Positions 1-8,017 of a DNA stretch of 64,000 nt are shown here, piece by piece. The notes below the pieces were generated by a model. That model did not search any database and was not told the origin of the DNA. It saw only the letters and a program-made list of their open reading frames with translations. Source of the stretch: an uncultured Thermoleophilia bacterium (GTDB taxonomy: Bacteria; Actinomycetota; Thermoleophilia; UBA2241); contig CAVPRQ010000017.1 in assembly GCA_963707855.1 (NCBI GenBank), positions 33,040-97,039 of the forward strand, in the 5' to 3' direction. Position numbers and translations under genes: made by a program. The first letter of the stretch is position 1; every line of letters starts with the position of its first letter.

Positions 1-247
1 CGTCCGGCTCGTAGACCCGCGTCACCGCGGCCGCGCCGGCCCGCTCGACCAGCGCCCCGACCGTCGCCTCCCTGCCCGCAGCGGGCAGCTCGAGCTCGTG
101 CCTCAGGACGAGGACACCGCTGTCCGAGACGCAGAGCGTGACCTCGCAGCCGTTGTCGGCCAGTGTCGCCAGCAGGCGCAGCGCGTAGACGGCGCCGCTG
201 GCGCCGGTGACGCCGAGGAAGACACGTTGTGGTGTCGCTGAAGACAT
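1..247 (-). CDS. ubiX: UbiX-family flavin prenyltransferase, N-terminal 82 codons (gene continues beyond window start)
   Basis: Open at the window edge, so absent from the ORF track. Manual translation from ATG (complement of 245-247) gives MSSATPQRVFLGVTGASGAVYALRLLATLADNGCEVTLCVSDSGVLVLRHELELP... This is the GxTGASG start typical of UbiX/Pad1. Confidence 0.75.
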   Translation of the reverse strand, partial: MSSATPQRVFLGVTGASGAVYALRLLATLADNGCEVTLCVSDSGVLVLRHELELPAAGREATVGALVERAGAAAVTRVYEPD

Positions 248-292
248 GGGTCGATTCTGCCCCGCAAGGGGCTGGTCGTCACAGACGGGGCT

Positions 293-1606
293 TCAGTCGC
301 CGATCGATCCGCTGTGGCAGTCGCCGCCGTAGCAGCCGCCGGGGCCGGCGCCGGCGTTGCCGTGGCACTTGACGCAGACGCCGCCGTTGGAGAACACCGC
401 GTCGGAGTGGTTCGCCTTGAAGGCGCCGCTGTGCGGGAGGCTGACGCCGTGGCAGTTCGAGCAGAAGGATGCGCTGTGGCACTTCGAGCAGACGCCGGGC
501 GAGGCGTAGTACGCCGAGGGGTGCGTCTGCTGGAAGCCGGCCGGGTGCGGCATGGTCAGGCCGTGGCACTTGGTGCAGCTGTTCTTGCCGTGGCACTTGA
601 CGCAGACCTGCTGGTCCTTGGCCGCTACGTTGTCGTGCCGCGCCTCCCAATCCGACGGGTGCGGCATCGCGACGCCGTGGCAGTCGATGCAGAACCTCGG
701 GTCGTCCTTGAGGTGACACGAGACGCAGATCGACTGGCCGCGGTCGAGCACGGTCCTGCCGTGGCGCCTGCTCCCAGCCCTTCGGGTGCGGCATCTGCAG
801 ACCCTGGTGGCAGTCGCTGCAGAACGCCTTGCCGCCGTGACAGCCGGCACACTGCTGCGGCGTCACCTGGACCGTCATCGGCGACCTTCTCGTACCCCGA
901 CGGGAGACCGCCGACGTGGCAGGTGTCGCAGTCGTCCGGGAGCTGCTCGCCGTCGTGGCACCGCGCGCACACCGACATGATCGTGTCCTGGGGCATGCGC
1001 GCCACCTCGAGCTGCGTGCCCGGATGCGAGATGTTCGCGTGACAGGTCAGGCACTGGTAGCCCTCTTCGCGCAGGCCGGTGTGGTTGACGCGGATGTTGC
1101 CGACGACGATGTCGCGCTCGATCTCCTCCTTGGGGTGGCACTGGATGCAGTTGTTGGCGCCCACGTACGTCGTGATGGGCTTCTGGTAGGTGTCCGAGAT
1201 GTAGTTGACGAGGTGCGTCACGCCCTGCAGGTTGCGCACGAAGTAGTTGAAGACGCCCGGCTTGGTGTGGCAGTCCTGGCACACCACGCCGGCGTCGTAG
1301 TGCGCCGTCTGCTTGTACGTGACGACCTCGTCCTTGATGACGTGGCACTGCGCGCACGTGTCCATGCGGTTGAGGGCCGCGAAGGCGACGACGGCGACCA
1401 CGAAGAGCAGGACAAGTGCGACGGTGACGCCGATGAGCCAGCGCCTTGGGGACCGTGACCTCGAGCAGGACGCGGCTGCGGGGTCGGCGACGGCGTGAGC
1501 CGTCGGTCGCGATGGCAGTCTCCTCGCCGCGACCCGCGCTCGCGCTCTCGTCCGCGACCGGCGGCGGCGCGTCCTGCGGGATGCTGGTGTTCGTCTCGTC
1601 GTCCAT
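293..1606 (-). CDS. Membrane-anchored NapC/NirT-type multihaem cytochrome c with C-terminal di-haem repeat extension (15 CxxCH + 1 CX4CH); frame broken about 3 times as assembled
   Basis: Frames 875..1606, 625..2160, 279..878 and 293..850 join into one protein. It runs MDDETNTS..., then TM helix LIGVTVALVLLFVVAVVAFAAL, then the NapC/NirT module TCAQCHVIKDEVVTYKQTAHYDAGVVCQDCHTKPG with CIQCH and CLTCH. These are followed by CARCH, CDTCH, CAGCH, CSDCH, CVSCH, CIDCH, CVKCH, CTKCH, CSKCH, CSNCH, CVKCH and CYGGDCH. Frame breaks lie near 1450-1500, 880 and 775. Confidence 0.8.
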
Positions 1607-1609
1607 GGC

Positions 1610-2160
1610 CTAGAGGCTCGTCTCGGGCGTCGGGCTCGGCGCCGGCGTGTACTCCTGCTCCTCGAACAGGTCGTGGGCGCGCGGGTCGCCCGACGCGTGG
1701 GCGTCGTGGCAGGCCTGGCAGTTGGCGACCTCATGGCAGTTGAAGCACGTCTGCCCGGCGCGTTCGCGCGGCGGCGGGATGCTTGACTACGAAGTTGCCC
1801 GGGTGCGGCATCTTCACCTGATGGCAGGTGTCGCAGTAGGTCTTCGTGTCGTGGCACTGGTCGCACGCCTTCTCGCCGACCTTTCGGTGCGGGGCGCCGT
1901 GCCGCGACAGCCAGTCCTCGGGATGCGGCATCTGCAGCCCGTTGTGACACGAGCTGCAGCTGTCCGGCTCGGTGTGGCAGGCGCTGCAGGTCGAGAGGAT
2001 GCCGACCGAGCCGTGCTCGTCGATCCCACGTCTCCTCGGTGTGCGACACCGGGGCGTCGTCGTAGTCCTTCTCGGCGTGGCAGAGGTCGCAGTCGGCGAC
2101 CGCGACCTTGCCGCCGGCCGTTTCGTAGTGGTTGTTGTGACACAGCAGACACTGGTCCAT
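1610..2160 (-). CDS. Octahaem cytochrome c domain protein (8 CxxCH), no signal peptide of its own; 2 frame breaks
   Basis: Manually joined from three pieces. MDQCLLCHNNHYETAGGKVAVADCDLCHAEKDYDDAPVSHTEETW / IDEHGSVGILSTCSACHTEPDSCSSCHNGLQMPHPEDWLSRHGAPHRKVGEKACDQCHDTKTYCDTCHQVKMPHPGNFVVKHPAAA / RERAGQTCFNCHEVANCQACHDAHASGDPRAHDLFEEQEYTPAPSPTPETSL. Stop TAG at 1610-1612. Breaks near 2020 and 1760. Its ATG is in frame with the upstream ORF across a single TAA. Confidence 0.7.
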
Positions 2161-2166
2161 CGACGG

Positions 2167-2634
2167 TTAGGTGCGCGAGCCCACCGGCACCGCCTCCGGG
2201 TGCCCGACCGTCGAGTGGCAGCGGATGCACAGGAAGCCCGCTTCGATGAGGTGCCGGTGCTCGACCCGGATGCCGTCGACGGTGATCACTCCGAAGAGGT
2301 CGTCGTTGACGTGGCACTGCCGGCACGACTGGTTGAGCACCGAGGCGAGGATGGGCTCCTCGTAGTCGCCGGTGATCTGGGCGATCGGCTGCTGCAGGGC
2401 CTCCATCTTGGCGGTGAGGAAGAAGAAGGGGCCCGGTTTCGAGTGACAGAGCTCGCAGTTGACGTCGCTGTGCCGAGCCGTGCGGTACGAGGCGACGATG
2501 GGCTCGTGGCTCTTGCACAGGCCGCAGAACGTCGGCGTCGAGGTGGCCGTCAGCGTCACCCCGACCACGACGACGGTGATCGTCAGGACGATGACCGCGA
2601 TGGTCAGCCCGCGCTGGGTGAGCCGGAACTTCAC
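2167..2634 (-). CDS. Membrane-anchored NapC/NirT/NrfH-like cytochrome c (3 CxxCH + 1 CxxCK)
   Basis: ORF 2167..2634. N-terminal TM helix LTIAVIVLTITVVVVGVTL, then FCGLCKSHEPIVASYRTARHSDVNCELCHSKPG, CRQCH and CIRCH. The layout matches the N-termini of the 293..1606 and 5662..6672 proteins. Confidence 0.8.
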   Translation of the reverse strand: MKFRLTQRGLTIAVIVLTITVVVVGVTLTATSTPTFCGLCKSHEPIVASYRTARHSDVNCELCHSKPGPFFFLTAKMEALQQPIAQITGDYEEPILASVLNQSCRQCHVNDDLFGVITVDGIRVEHRHLIEAGFLCIRCHSTVGHPEAVPVGSRT

Positions 2635-2710
2635 GCGCTCATGCCCTCGAGACCAGAGGCACGGTCATGGCCGGGAGTCGCCCGCATGGCGCCTGCGTGC
2701 CAAGTCCGCA

Positions 2711-3892
2711 TCACGGCGTCGGGTCGTGGACGACCGACTTGTGGCAGTGCACGCAGGGATACCCACCCGCGTGCGACCTCGCCGACGAGTGGCACCTCGT
2801 GCACGCCGAGCTGGCGACGGCGGCCTGTCCGGCATGGTACTTGCTCTTGTGGCACGACCGGCACGTGGTCGACGCTCCCCTGGACTTGGCGTGGAGCTTC
2901 TTGCTGTGGCAGCCACTGCAGACGAACTTCTTCGTCACTGTCGAGGAATGCTGCGCGCGCGGTTTGGCCGGCGGGGCGCTGCCCTTGTGGCAATCGGCGC
3001 AGCGCGAGCCGGACACCCTCGCGCCGGCGTGCTTCATGGCGTGACAGCTGCGGCAGCTCTTGACCGCCGGCGCAGCCGTCGCGTGGTGGAAGGCGGGCGC
3101 GTTCGTGTGACACTTGGTGCAGGACACGCCGCCGGCGTGCTTCTGGTAACCCTCGTCGTGGCACGACGTGCAGGCGCCGACGTCCGGCGCCGTGTTGTGG
3201 ATCTGGCCGGCGTGGCAGCTGCGGCAGTCGGCGGTGCCGAAGGTCGACGCGGCGTGACATGTCGTGCACGTCGCGGGGACGGCCGGCAGGTCCATGCCGT
3301 CGTGACAGTCCTCACACCCCGTCCCGTCGTGACTCACCTGGGCGGAGGCGTAGGTGCCGTCGTGACAGGCGGTGCAAGATGGCGGCGGTGAGGCGATGCC
3401 GTCGTGGTGCGGGCTGGCGCCTGGATCGGCGTACCCGAGGCTCGTCGAATGGCAATCGAGGCAGACGCCGTACGGCGGCTCGGCCCCGAGATGCGGCTCG
3501 GAGCCGTGACTGAAGGGGACCGAGTACGCGTTGGAGAAGGCGTTGTACAGATGGCAGTCCTGGCTGCAGTCCGCGCTCGTCGAGGAGAACTTGCCCGTGT
3601 CCTCGCCCGGCGCATGACACGACCAGCACGTCTGTGCGAAGCGGCCGTCGACGGTCGCGCCGGGCGTCACCTTGAAGCCGCGATGGCAGAGGCCCGTGCA
3701 TGAGGTGTCCGAGATGCCGTTGGCGTGACACAGGTCGCAGTTCTGCATGGCGGGTCCCGGAGGGATGCCGTCGTGGGCCCAGTTCGAGTACGCGGCGGCC
3801 GGCGCGGCGCACAGCGCCAGCAGGAGCGCCGCGCCGGCCGCCACGACGAGCGATTGGCGGACGATCCGCTTCAGTCCGGCTGCGGTCCCCAT
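2711..3892 (-). CDS. Secreted multihaem cytochrome c (15 CxxCH + 2 CX3CH)
   Basis: ORF 2711..3994. I moved the start to ATG 3892, which has the purine-rich GAGGGGAGGGG just upstream and a signal-like MGTAAGLKRIVRQSLVVAAGAALLLALCAAPAAAYS. Motifs: CDLCH, CWSCH, CLDCH, CTACH, CEDCH, CTTCH, CRSCH x3, CTSCH, CTKCH, CADCH, CSGCH, CTRCH, CVHCH, plus CTGLCH and CSQDCH. Confidence 0.85.
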   Translation of the reverse strand: MGTAAGLKRIVRQSLVVAAGAALLLALCAAPAAAYSNWAHDGIPPGPAMQNCDLCHANGISDTSCTGLCHRGFKVTPGATVDGRFAQTCWSCHAPGEDTGKFSSTSADCSQDCHLYNAFSNAYSVPFSHGSEPHLGAEPPYGVCLDCHSTSLGYADPGASPHHDGIASPPPSCTACHDGTYASAQVSHDGTGCEDCHDGMDLPAVPATCTTCHAASTFGTADCRSCHAGQIHNTAPDVGACTSCHDEGYQKHAGGVSCTKCHTNAPAFHHATAAPAVKSCRSCHAMKHAGARVSGSRCADCHKGSAPPAKPRAQHSSTVTKKFVCSGCHSKKLHAKSRGASTTCRSCHKSKYHAGQAAVASSACTRCHSSARSHAGGYPCVHCHKSVVHDPTP

Positions 3893-3918
3893 GGCCCCTC
3901 CCCTCGCGACGATGGTCC

Positions 3919-4792
3919 TCAATCGAACACCGTCCAGATGATGAACGCCGCCATCAGCACGGCCGCAAGACCGGCGACCGCGGTGAACGACCACCAGATC
4001 ACGTCACCCGCGTACGTGCGCCACGTGATGCGGCGCTCCACGAGGACCTCGTCGAGCGTCCCCTCACGCACGCGGCGAGCATACTCCAAGGGGCGCTCGG
4101 CCTTGTAGTGCTCGACCGGCAAGCGAGCCCGTGAAGATGACCTTGTCGAGCGGGAACGACTCGGGCCTGAGGTGGGCGCTGAAGAGGTGCACGAAGATGA
4201 AGATGACGCCCATCGCGAGGAGCGCCTCGTTGGAGTGGATGACGAGGGCGATATTGAGCACGATCCCCGGCGCGTACCTGGTGGTCTCGATGGGGAACCA
4301 CATCATGAAGCCGGTGAGTCCGATGATCACCGTGCCCACGACCAGCGAGGCGAAGTCGAACTTCTCCCAGTACGTGTAGCGGTCGAACTGCGGCTTGCCG
4401 CCCATACCGAGGAACCAGCGGAACATGCCGACGATGTCACGCAGGTCCTTGCCGCTGAACATCATAGAGCCAGGACCGAGGACTCCGCGGCCGCGGCGGC
4501 GCGCGATCACGACGATCATGTAGATGACCTCGGCCGTCCAGTAGATGACCGTGATGATCGCCGCGATGCGGTGGTAGACGCCGGCGGCGGTCACCCCGCC
4601 CGTCGCGTCCATGAACCACTGGGCCCACTCGGAGTCCTTGTACTTGAGCGGCATGCCCGTGAACACCAGCACGGTGAAGCTCACGAACACGAGGAAGTGC
4701 ATCCAGCGATGGAAGACGTTGAAGCGCAGGTACTCGACCCGCGTCCGGGGCTTGGGGCTTCGCTCAGTGGTGCTTGCGACCGTAGAGGCCAT
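3919..4792 (-). CDS. b-type cytochrome membrane subunit (HydC/FdnI, Ni/Fe-hydrogenase cytochrome b-like), 5 TM; 1 frame break
   Basis: ORF 4064..4975 read from ATG 4792 (MASTVASTTERSPKPRTRVEYLRFNVFHRWMHFLVFVSFTVLVFTGMPLKY...). Conserved His residues sit in TM helices (FHRWMHF, YHRI, VIHSNE, FVHLF). After LRPESFPLDKVIFTGS the protein continues in ORF 3919..4122 (PVEHYKAERPLEY...VIWWSFTAVAGLAAVLMAAFIIW). Break near 4120. Confidence 0.75.
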
Positions 4793-5660
4793 CCTTGATC
4801 CCCCGGTAGATGTACAGGGCGGTGTGGACCCCGCCGAACGTGAAGACGACGGCGATGAGCAGCACGTAGGCGAGCCAGAACAGGAAGACGGTGAAGGAGT
4901 CCGTCGGGTCCTTCGGGTCGATGTGGACCAGGAACCCGGCGAAGTTCTCGTTGGCGCCCGGGTGGCAGCCCGCACAGGTGGCGACCCGGTTCTCGTCCGA
5001 GATCGTGCTCTCGGGGTCTGACGCGGGCAGGATCCTGTGGCCGCCGTGGCAGTCGGGGCAGGTCGCGGCGTCGTCCTTGCCGAGCAGGAACGCCTTGCCG
5101 TGGTAGCTGTCGAGGTAGGTCTCGCTCTTCCCGCCGTGGCACTCCGAGCAGAGGTCGAGGGTGCTGCGCCGGAACTCGAGGCTCTGCGGCGCGACGATGT
5201 TGTGGGGCGTGTGGCAGTCGGCGCAGACGGGCGCGTCCGTGGACTGTTCGTCGAACACCAGGTCGCCGTGGAACGAGTCCTCGTACATGGCGAACTGGTC
5301 GGCGTGGCAGTTGCGGCACGACTTCAGCTTGGCGGTCTGGAGCCACCCCTCGGTCTGCTCCGCCGAGTGCGGGCCCTTCTCGAAGCCGATGTGGCAGCCG
5401 GTGCAGTCGAGCTGGCCGTGCAGCGACGCCTCATAGGCGTCCAGGTCGACGGCCAGCGGCTTGGCCACGCCGTCAACGGTGACCGTGCCCGGGTTATCAG
5501 CGTTGTGGCACTCTCCACACTCCCTGGCGCCGTCCGACAGCGCCGCGGCCCGCGGAGCGTGCGCCGCGGCGCCGACGACGAGAGCCACGGCGAGGAGCAG
5601 GACCAGCCCGAGCAGCCGGGCTGCGCCGCGTCGCGGTGCGACATCGCGACGGGGCGTCAT
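4764..5660 (-). CDS. Heptahaem cytochrome c with signal peptide and C-terminal TM helix (paired-CxxCH type)
   Basis: ORF 4764..5678. Start is likely ATG 5660, with AGGAAGG 7 nt upstream. Motifs CGECH, CTGCH, CRNCH, CADCH, CSECH, CPDCH, CAGCH with recurring S-x-HG (SLHG, SFHG, SYHG). C-terminal helix FTVFLFWLAYVLLIAVVFTFGGV. Confidence 0.85.
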   Translation of the reverse strand: MTPRRDVAPRRGAARLLGLVLLLAVALVVGAAAHAPRAAALSDGARECGECHNADNPGTVTVDGVAKPLAVDLDAYEASLHGQLDCTGCHIGFEKGPHSAEQTEGWLQTAKLKSCRNCHADQFAMYEDSFHGDLVFDEQSTDAPVCADCHTPHNIVAPQSLEFRRSTLDLCSECHGGKSETYLDSYHGKAFLLGKDDAATCPDCHGGHRILPASDPESTISDENRVATCAGCHPGANENFAGFLVHIDPKDPTDSFTVFLFWLAYVLLIAVVFTFGGVHTALYIYRGIKDGLYGRKHH

Positions 5661-5661
5661 C

Positions 5662-6672
5662 TCAGAGCCTTCCTGCATGACAGGCGTCGCACATCGACTG
5701 TGGGTGACAGGTCAGGCACGAGCCCCCGCCGTCCGCCACCGCGCGGTGGGACTGCAGCCAGTCCTCGGGGTGGCTCACGCGGTGGCACTGTTCGCAGAAG
5801 GTGTCTTCGTCATGACATCCCAGGCAGCCGTTGCGGTCCTGCTCGGCGACCGTCTTGTGAGTGTATCGCCAGGTTCCGGAGAAGTGGTCGGCGGTGGGTC
5901 GCGCGTGGCACTCGTCGCAAAAAGCCTCGGGGTTGTGATGACAGCGCAGGCAGGCGCTGTCGTCGGTGAGCGCCTCTTCGCCGTGCGTCTCGATGTAGTC
6001 GGCGGGGTGCGGGTCGGCGGGCGTCTGCGGCGTCAGGTGGCAGAAGTCGCACTGGTTGGCCGCCGTCTCCTGCTCGTGGCACATGCCGCAGACGCTCATC
6101 GAGACCTTGCCGGCCTCGGCGCGCTCGCCGTGCGAGACCTTGTCGTGGCAGTCGGCGCAGACGAGCCCGCTGATCCCCACGTGACGCTCGTGCGGCAGGC
6201 GGACCGTGTCGTGCTCGTCGCCGATCGCGCTCACGTCGTGGCACGGGGTGCAGTTCTCGTCGCCGGGGCGCTCGCCGGGTTGATCCGTCTGTGGCACGTT
6301 GAGGTAGTCGGCCCAGATGTTGAGCCACTCCTGCGTTCGCCACTTGATCTGGTTCCAGGCGCCGGGAGCGATGTGGCAGTCGACGCATTCGACGTCGGAA
6401 TGGACGGAGCCGGCCCAAGCTTCGGCGGCCGGCTCGGTCGCCTTGCAGGAGCCGCAGTAGGACGAGGACGAGGTGGCCGCCACGGGGACCCAGACGAGGA
6501 CGCCGACGATGATGATGATGACAATGACGACGAGGGTCGCGACCCACGGGGAGCGTCTCCGGCGCGGAGGAGGCCGATGCGGATGCTCGCTGCTGCCCTC
6601 GACGCTCACGTCGTCGGTCTTCCCCTCGGCTCCTGGTGGCGATGTCGTCGGCGGCAAGCCTACGGTCCCCAC
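5662..6672 (-). CDS. Membrane-anchored NapC/NirT-type multihaem cytochrome c with C-terminal extension (11 CxxCH + 1 CxxCK)
   Basis: ORF 5662..6672, GTG start. TM helix WVATLVVIVIIIIVGVLVWVPV, then YCGSCKATEPAAEAWAGSVHSDVECVDCHIAPG. Further motifs: CTPCH, CADCH, CGMCH, CDFCH, CLRCH, CDECH, CLGCH, CEQCH, CLTCH, CDACH. Confidence 0.85.
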   Translation of the reverse strand: MGTVGLPPTTSPPGAEGKTDDVSVEGSSEHPHRPPPRRRRSPWVATLVVIVIIIIVGVLVWVPVAATSSSSYCGSCKATEPAAEAWAGSVHSDVECVDCHIAPGAWNQIKWRTQEWLNIWADYLNVPQTDQPGERPGDENCTPCHDVSAIGDEHDTVRLPHERHVGISGLVCADCHDKVSHGERAEAGKVSMSVCGMCHEQETAANQCDFCHLTPQTPADPHPADYIETHGEEALTDDSACLRCHHNPEAFCDECHARPTADHFSGTWRYTHKTVAEQDRNGCLGCHDEDTFCEQCHRVSHPEDWLQSHRAVADGGGSCLTCHPQSMCDACHAGRL

Positions 6673-6759
6673 ACGGTGCCGCCGAACGCGGCGATTGTAC
6701 CATCCCGGGTATCGAGCGGCGAGCGCGACAAAACGCGGCGCCGGCGCCTGCCGCCGTGC

Positions 6760-7622
6760 CTAGAGCAGGAGCACGGCGACGATGACGACGGCGCCGTACA
6801 GCAGGCCCACGGCGCCGTTGAGGCTCATGAAGCCCATGCCGACCTCGTCAAGCCCGCGGCGAGCGATGTCGACATGCGACCACCCGAGCAGCGCGGCGAC
6901 GGCGAGGAGGCCGATCCAGTAGACCAGCCCGAGACCGAGGAGAGCCCCGACCGCGGCAAGCAGCGCGATCGCGGCGACGTGCGAGAGCAGGGCGACGAGC
7001 AGGGCCCGGCGCCAGCCGAGCGCCACGGCCACCGAGTGCAGGCCCTCGCGCCGGTCGAAGTCGAGGTCGAAGATGCCGTAGATGACGTCGAAGCCTCCGA
7101 CCCACAGGCAGACGGCGAGGAACAGCAGCACCGTCTCGAGCGCCACGCTGCCGGTCACGGCGACCCAGGCGGCGGCCGGGGCGAGCCCGAGCGTCAGGCC
7201 CAGGGCGTAGTGGCAGAGGGCCGTCACCCGCTTCGAGTAGGGGTACGCGACGAACGCCGCGAGAGGGATCGGCCAGAGATAGCGGCACGGCGGCGAGAGC
7301 TGGAACGCCGCGATCACCAGCAGGGCGACCGAGACGGTCGTGAAGAACCAGACGTCCTTGCGGCGCAGCTTGCCGGCTGGCAGCTCGCGCGCCGCCGTGC
7401 GCGGGTTGCGTGCGTCGATCCCGGCGTCGATGAGGCGGTTGAGCGCCATGGCGGAGCTGCGCGCGCCGACCATGGCGACGGTGATCCACAGAAGGTCCCA
7501 CCAGCCGGGGAAGCGCAGCTCCGCGAGAAACGCCCCCGCGAAGGCGAACGGCAGCGCGTAGACGCTGTGCTCGATCTTGATGAGGCGCGCGAAGAGCAGA
7601 GGACGCTCAGAAGGGGCGTCAC
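6760..7622 (-). CDS. UbiA-family aromatic polyprenyltransferase (menaquinone-type)
   Basis: ORF 6760..7473 plus manual upstream extension in the same frame: ERPLLFARLIKIEHSVYALPFAFAGAFLAELRFPGWWDLLWITVAMVGARSSAMALNRLIDAGIDARNPRT... Multi-TM. There is no in-frame ATG/GTG upstream of LIKIEHSV. The GTG at 7622 is one frame off, so the start is uncertain (1-nt indel or an unusual start). Confidence 0.8.
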
Positions 7623-7632
7623 CCGGTCGTGC

Positions 7633-7929
7633 TCACGGAACGGCGGCGGGCGTCAGACGTCGGCGGACGCGGATCGACGGGCCCGCAGGTGGCGCTGCCC
7701 GCGACTCGACGGAAGCAGTCTCCGGCTCGGTGCCGAAGTCGGCGAGGACGAAGGAAGTGATGGCGACGACGGCGGCGAAGAGCCCGATGACGAAGAGGAT
7801 CGCGTACACGAAGATGCTGGTCGGTACGGCGATCCCGAGGTAGGAGCTCAGGGTCCAGCAGGCGATGGCGATCGCCCAGTTGGCGATCGAGAGGATCAAC
7901 AAGTGACGATGGATGTTGCCGTGCAGCAC
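7633..7929 (-). CDS. Small two-TM membrane protein, unknown function
   Basis: C-terminal part of ORF 7633..8208. GTG at 7929 is preceded by GAGGAGG at 5-nt spacing. Sequence VLHGNIHRHLLILSIANWAIAIACWTLSSYLGIAVPTSIFVYAILFVIGLFAAVVAITSFVLADFG... G/C-rich third positions. Confidence 0.5.
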   Translation of the reverse strand: MLHGNIHRHLLILSIANWAIAIACWTLSSYLGIAVPTSIFVYAILFVIGLFAAVVAITSFVLADFGTEPETASVESRAAPPAGPSIRVRRRLTPAAVP

Positions 7930-8017
7930 CGCCGCCTCCTCACGTGTCGTCGCGCGGCCGCCTCGCGGCCCAGTGTAGGTCCCGTCCGTCCCGGCGTAAA
8001 GCGTCGTCGGGCGGCGC

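Noticed and set aside
248-292. A GCCCC-GCAA-GGGGC hairpin between the last cytochrome gene and ubiX, considered as a terminator.
   Set aside because: It has only a 5-bp stem and no U tract, and ubiX starts 46 nt after the cytochrome stop on the same strand. Co-transcription is more plausible.
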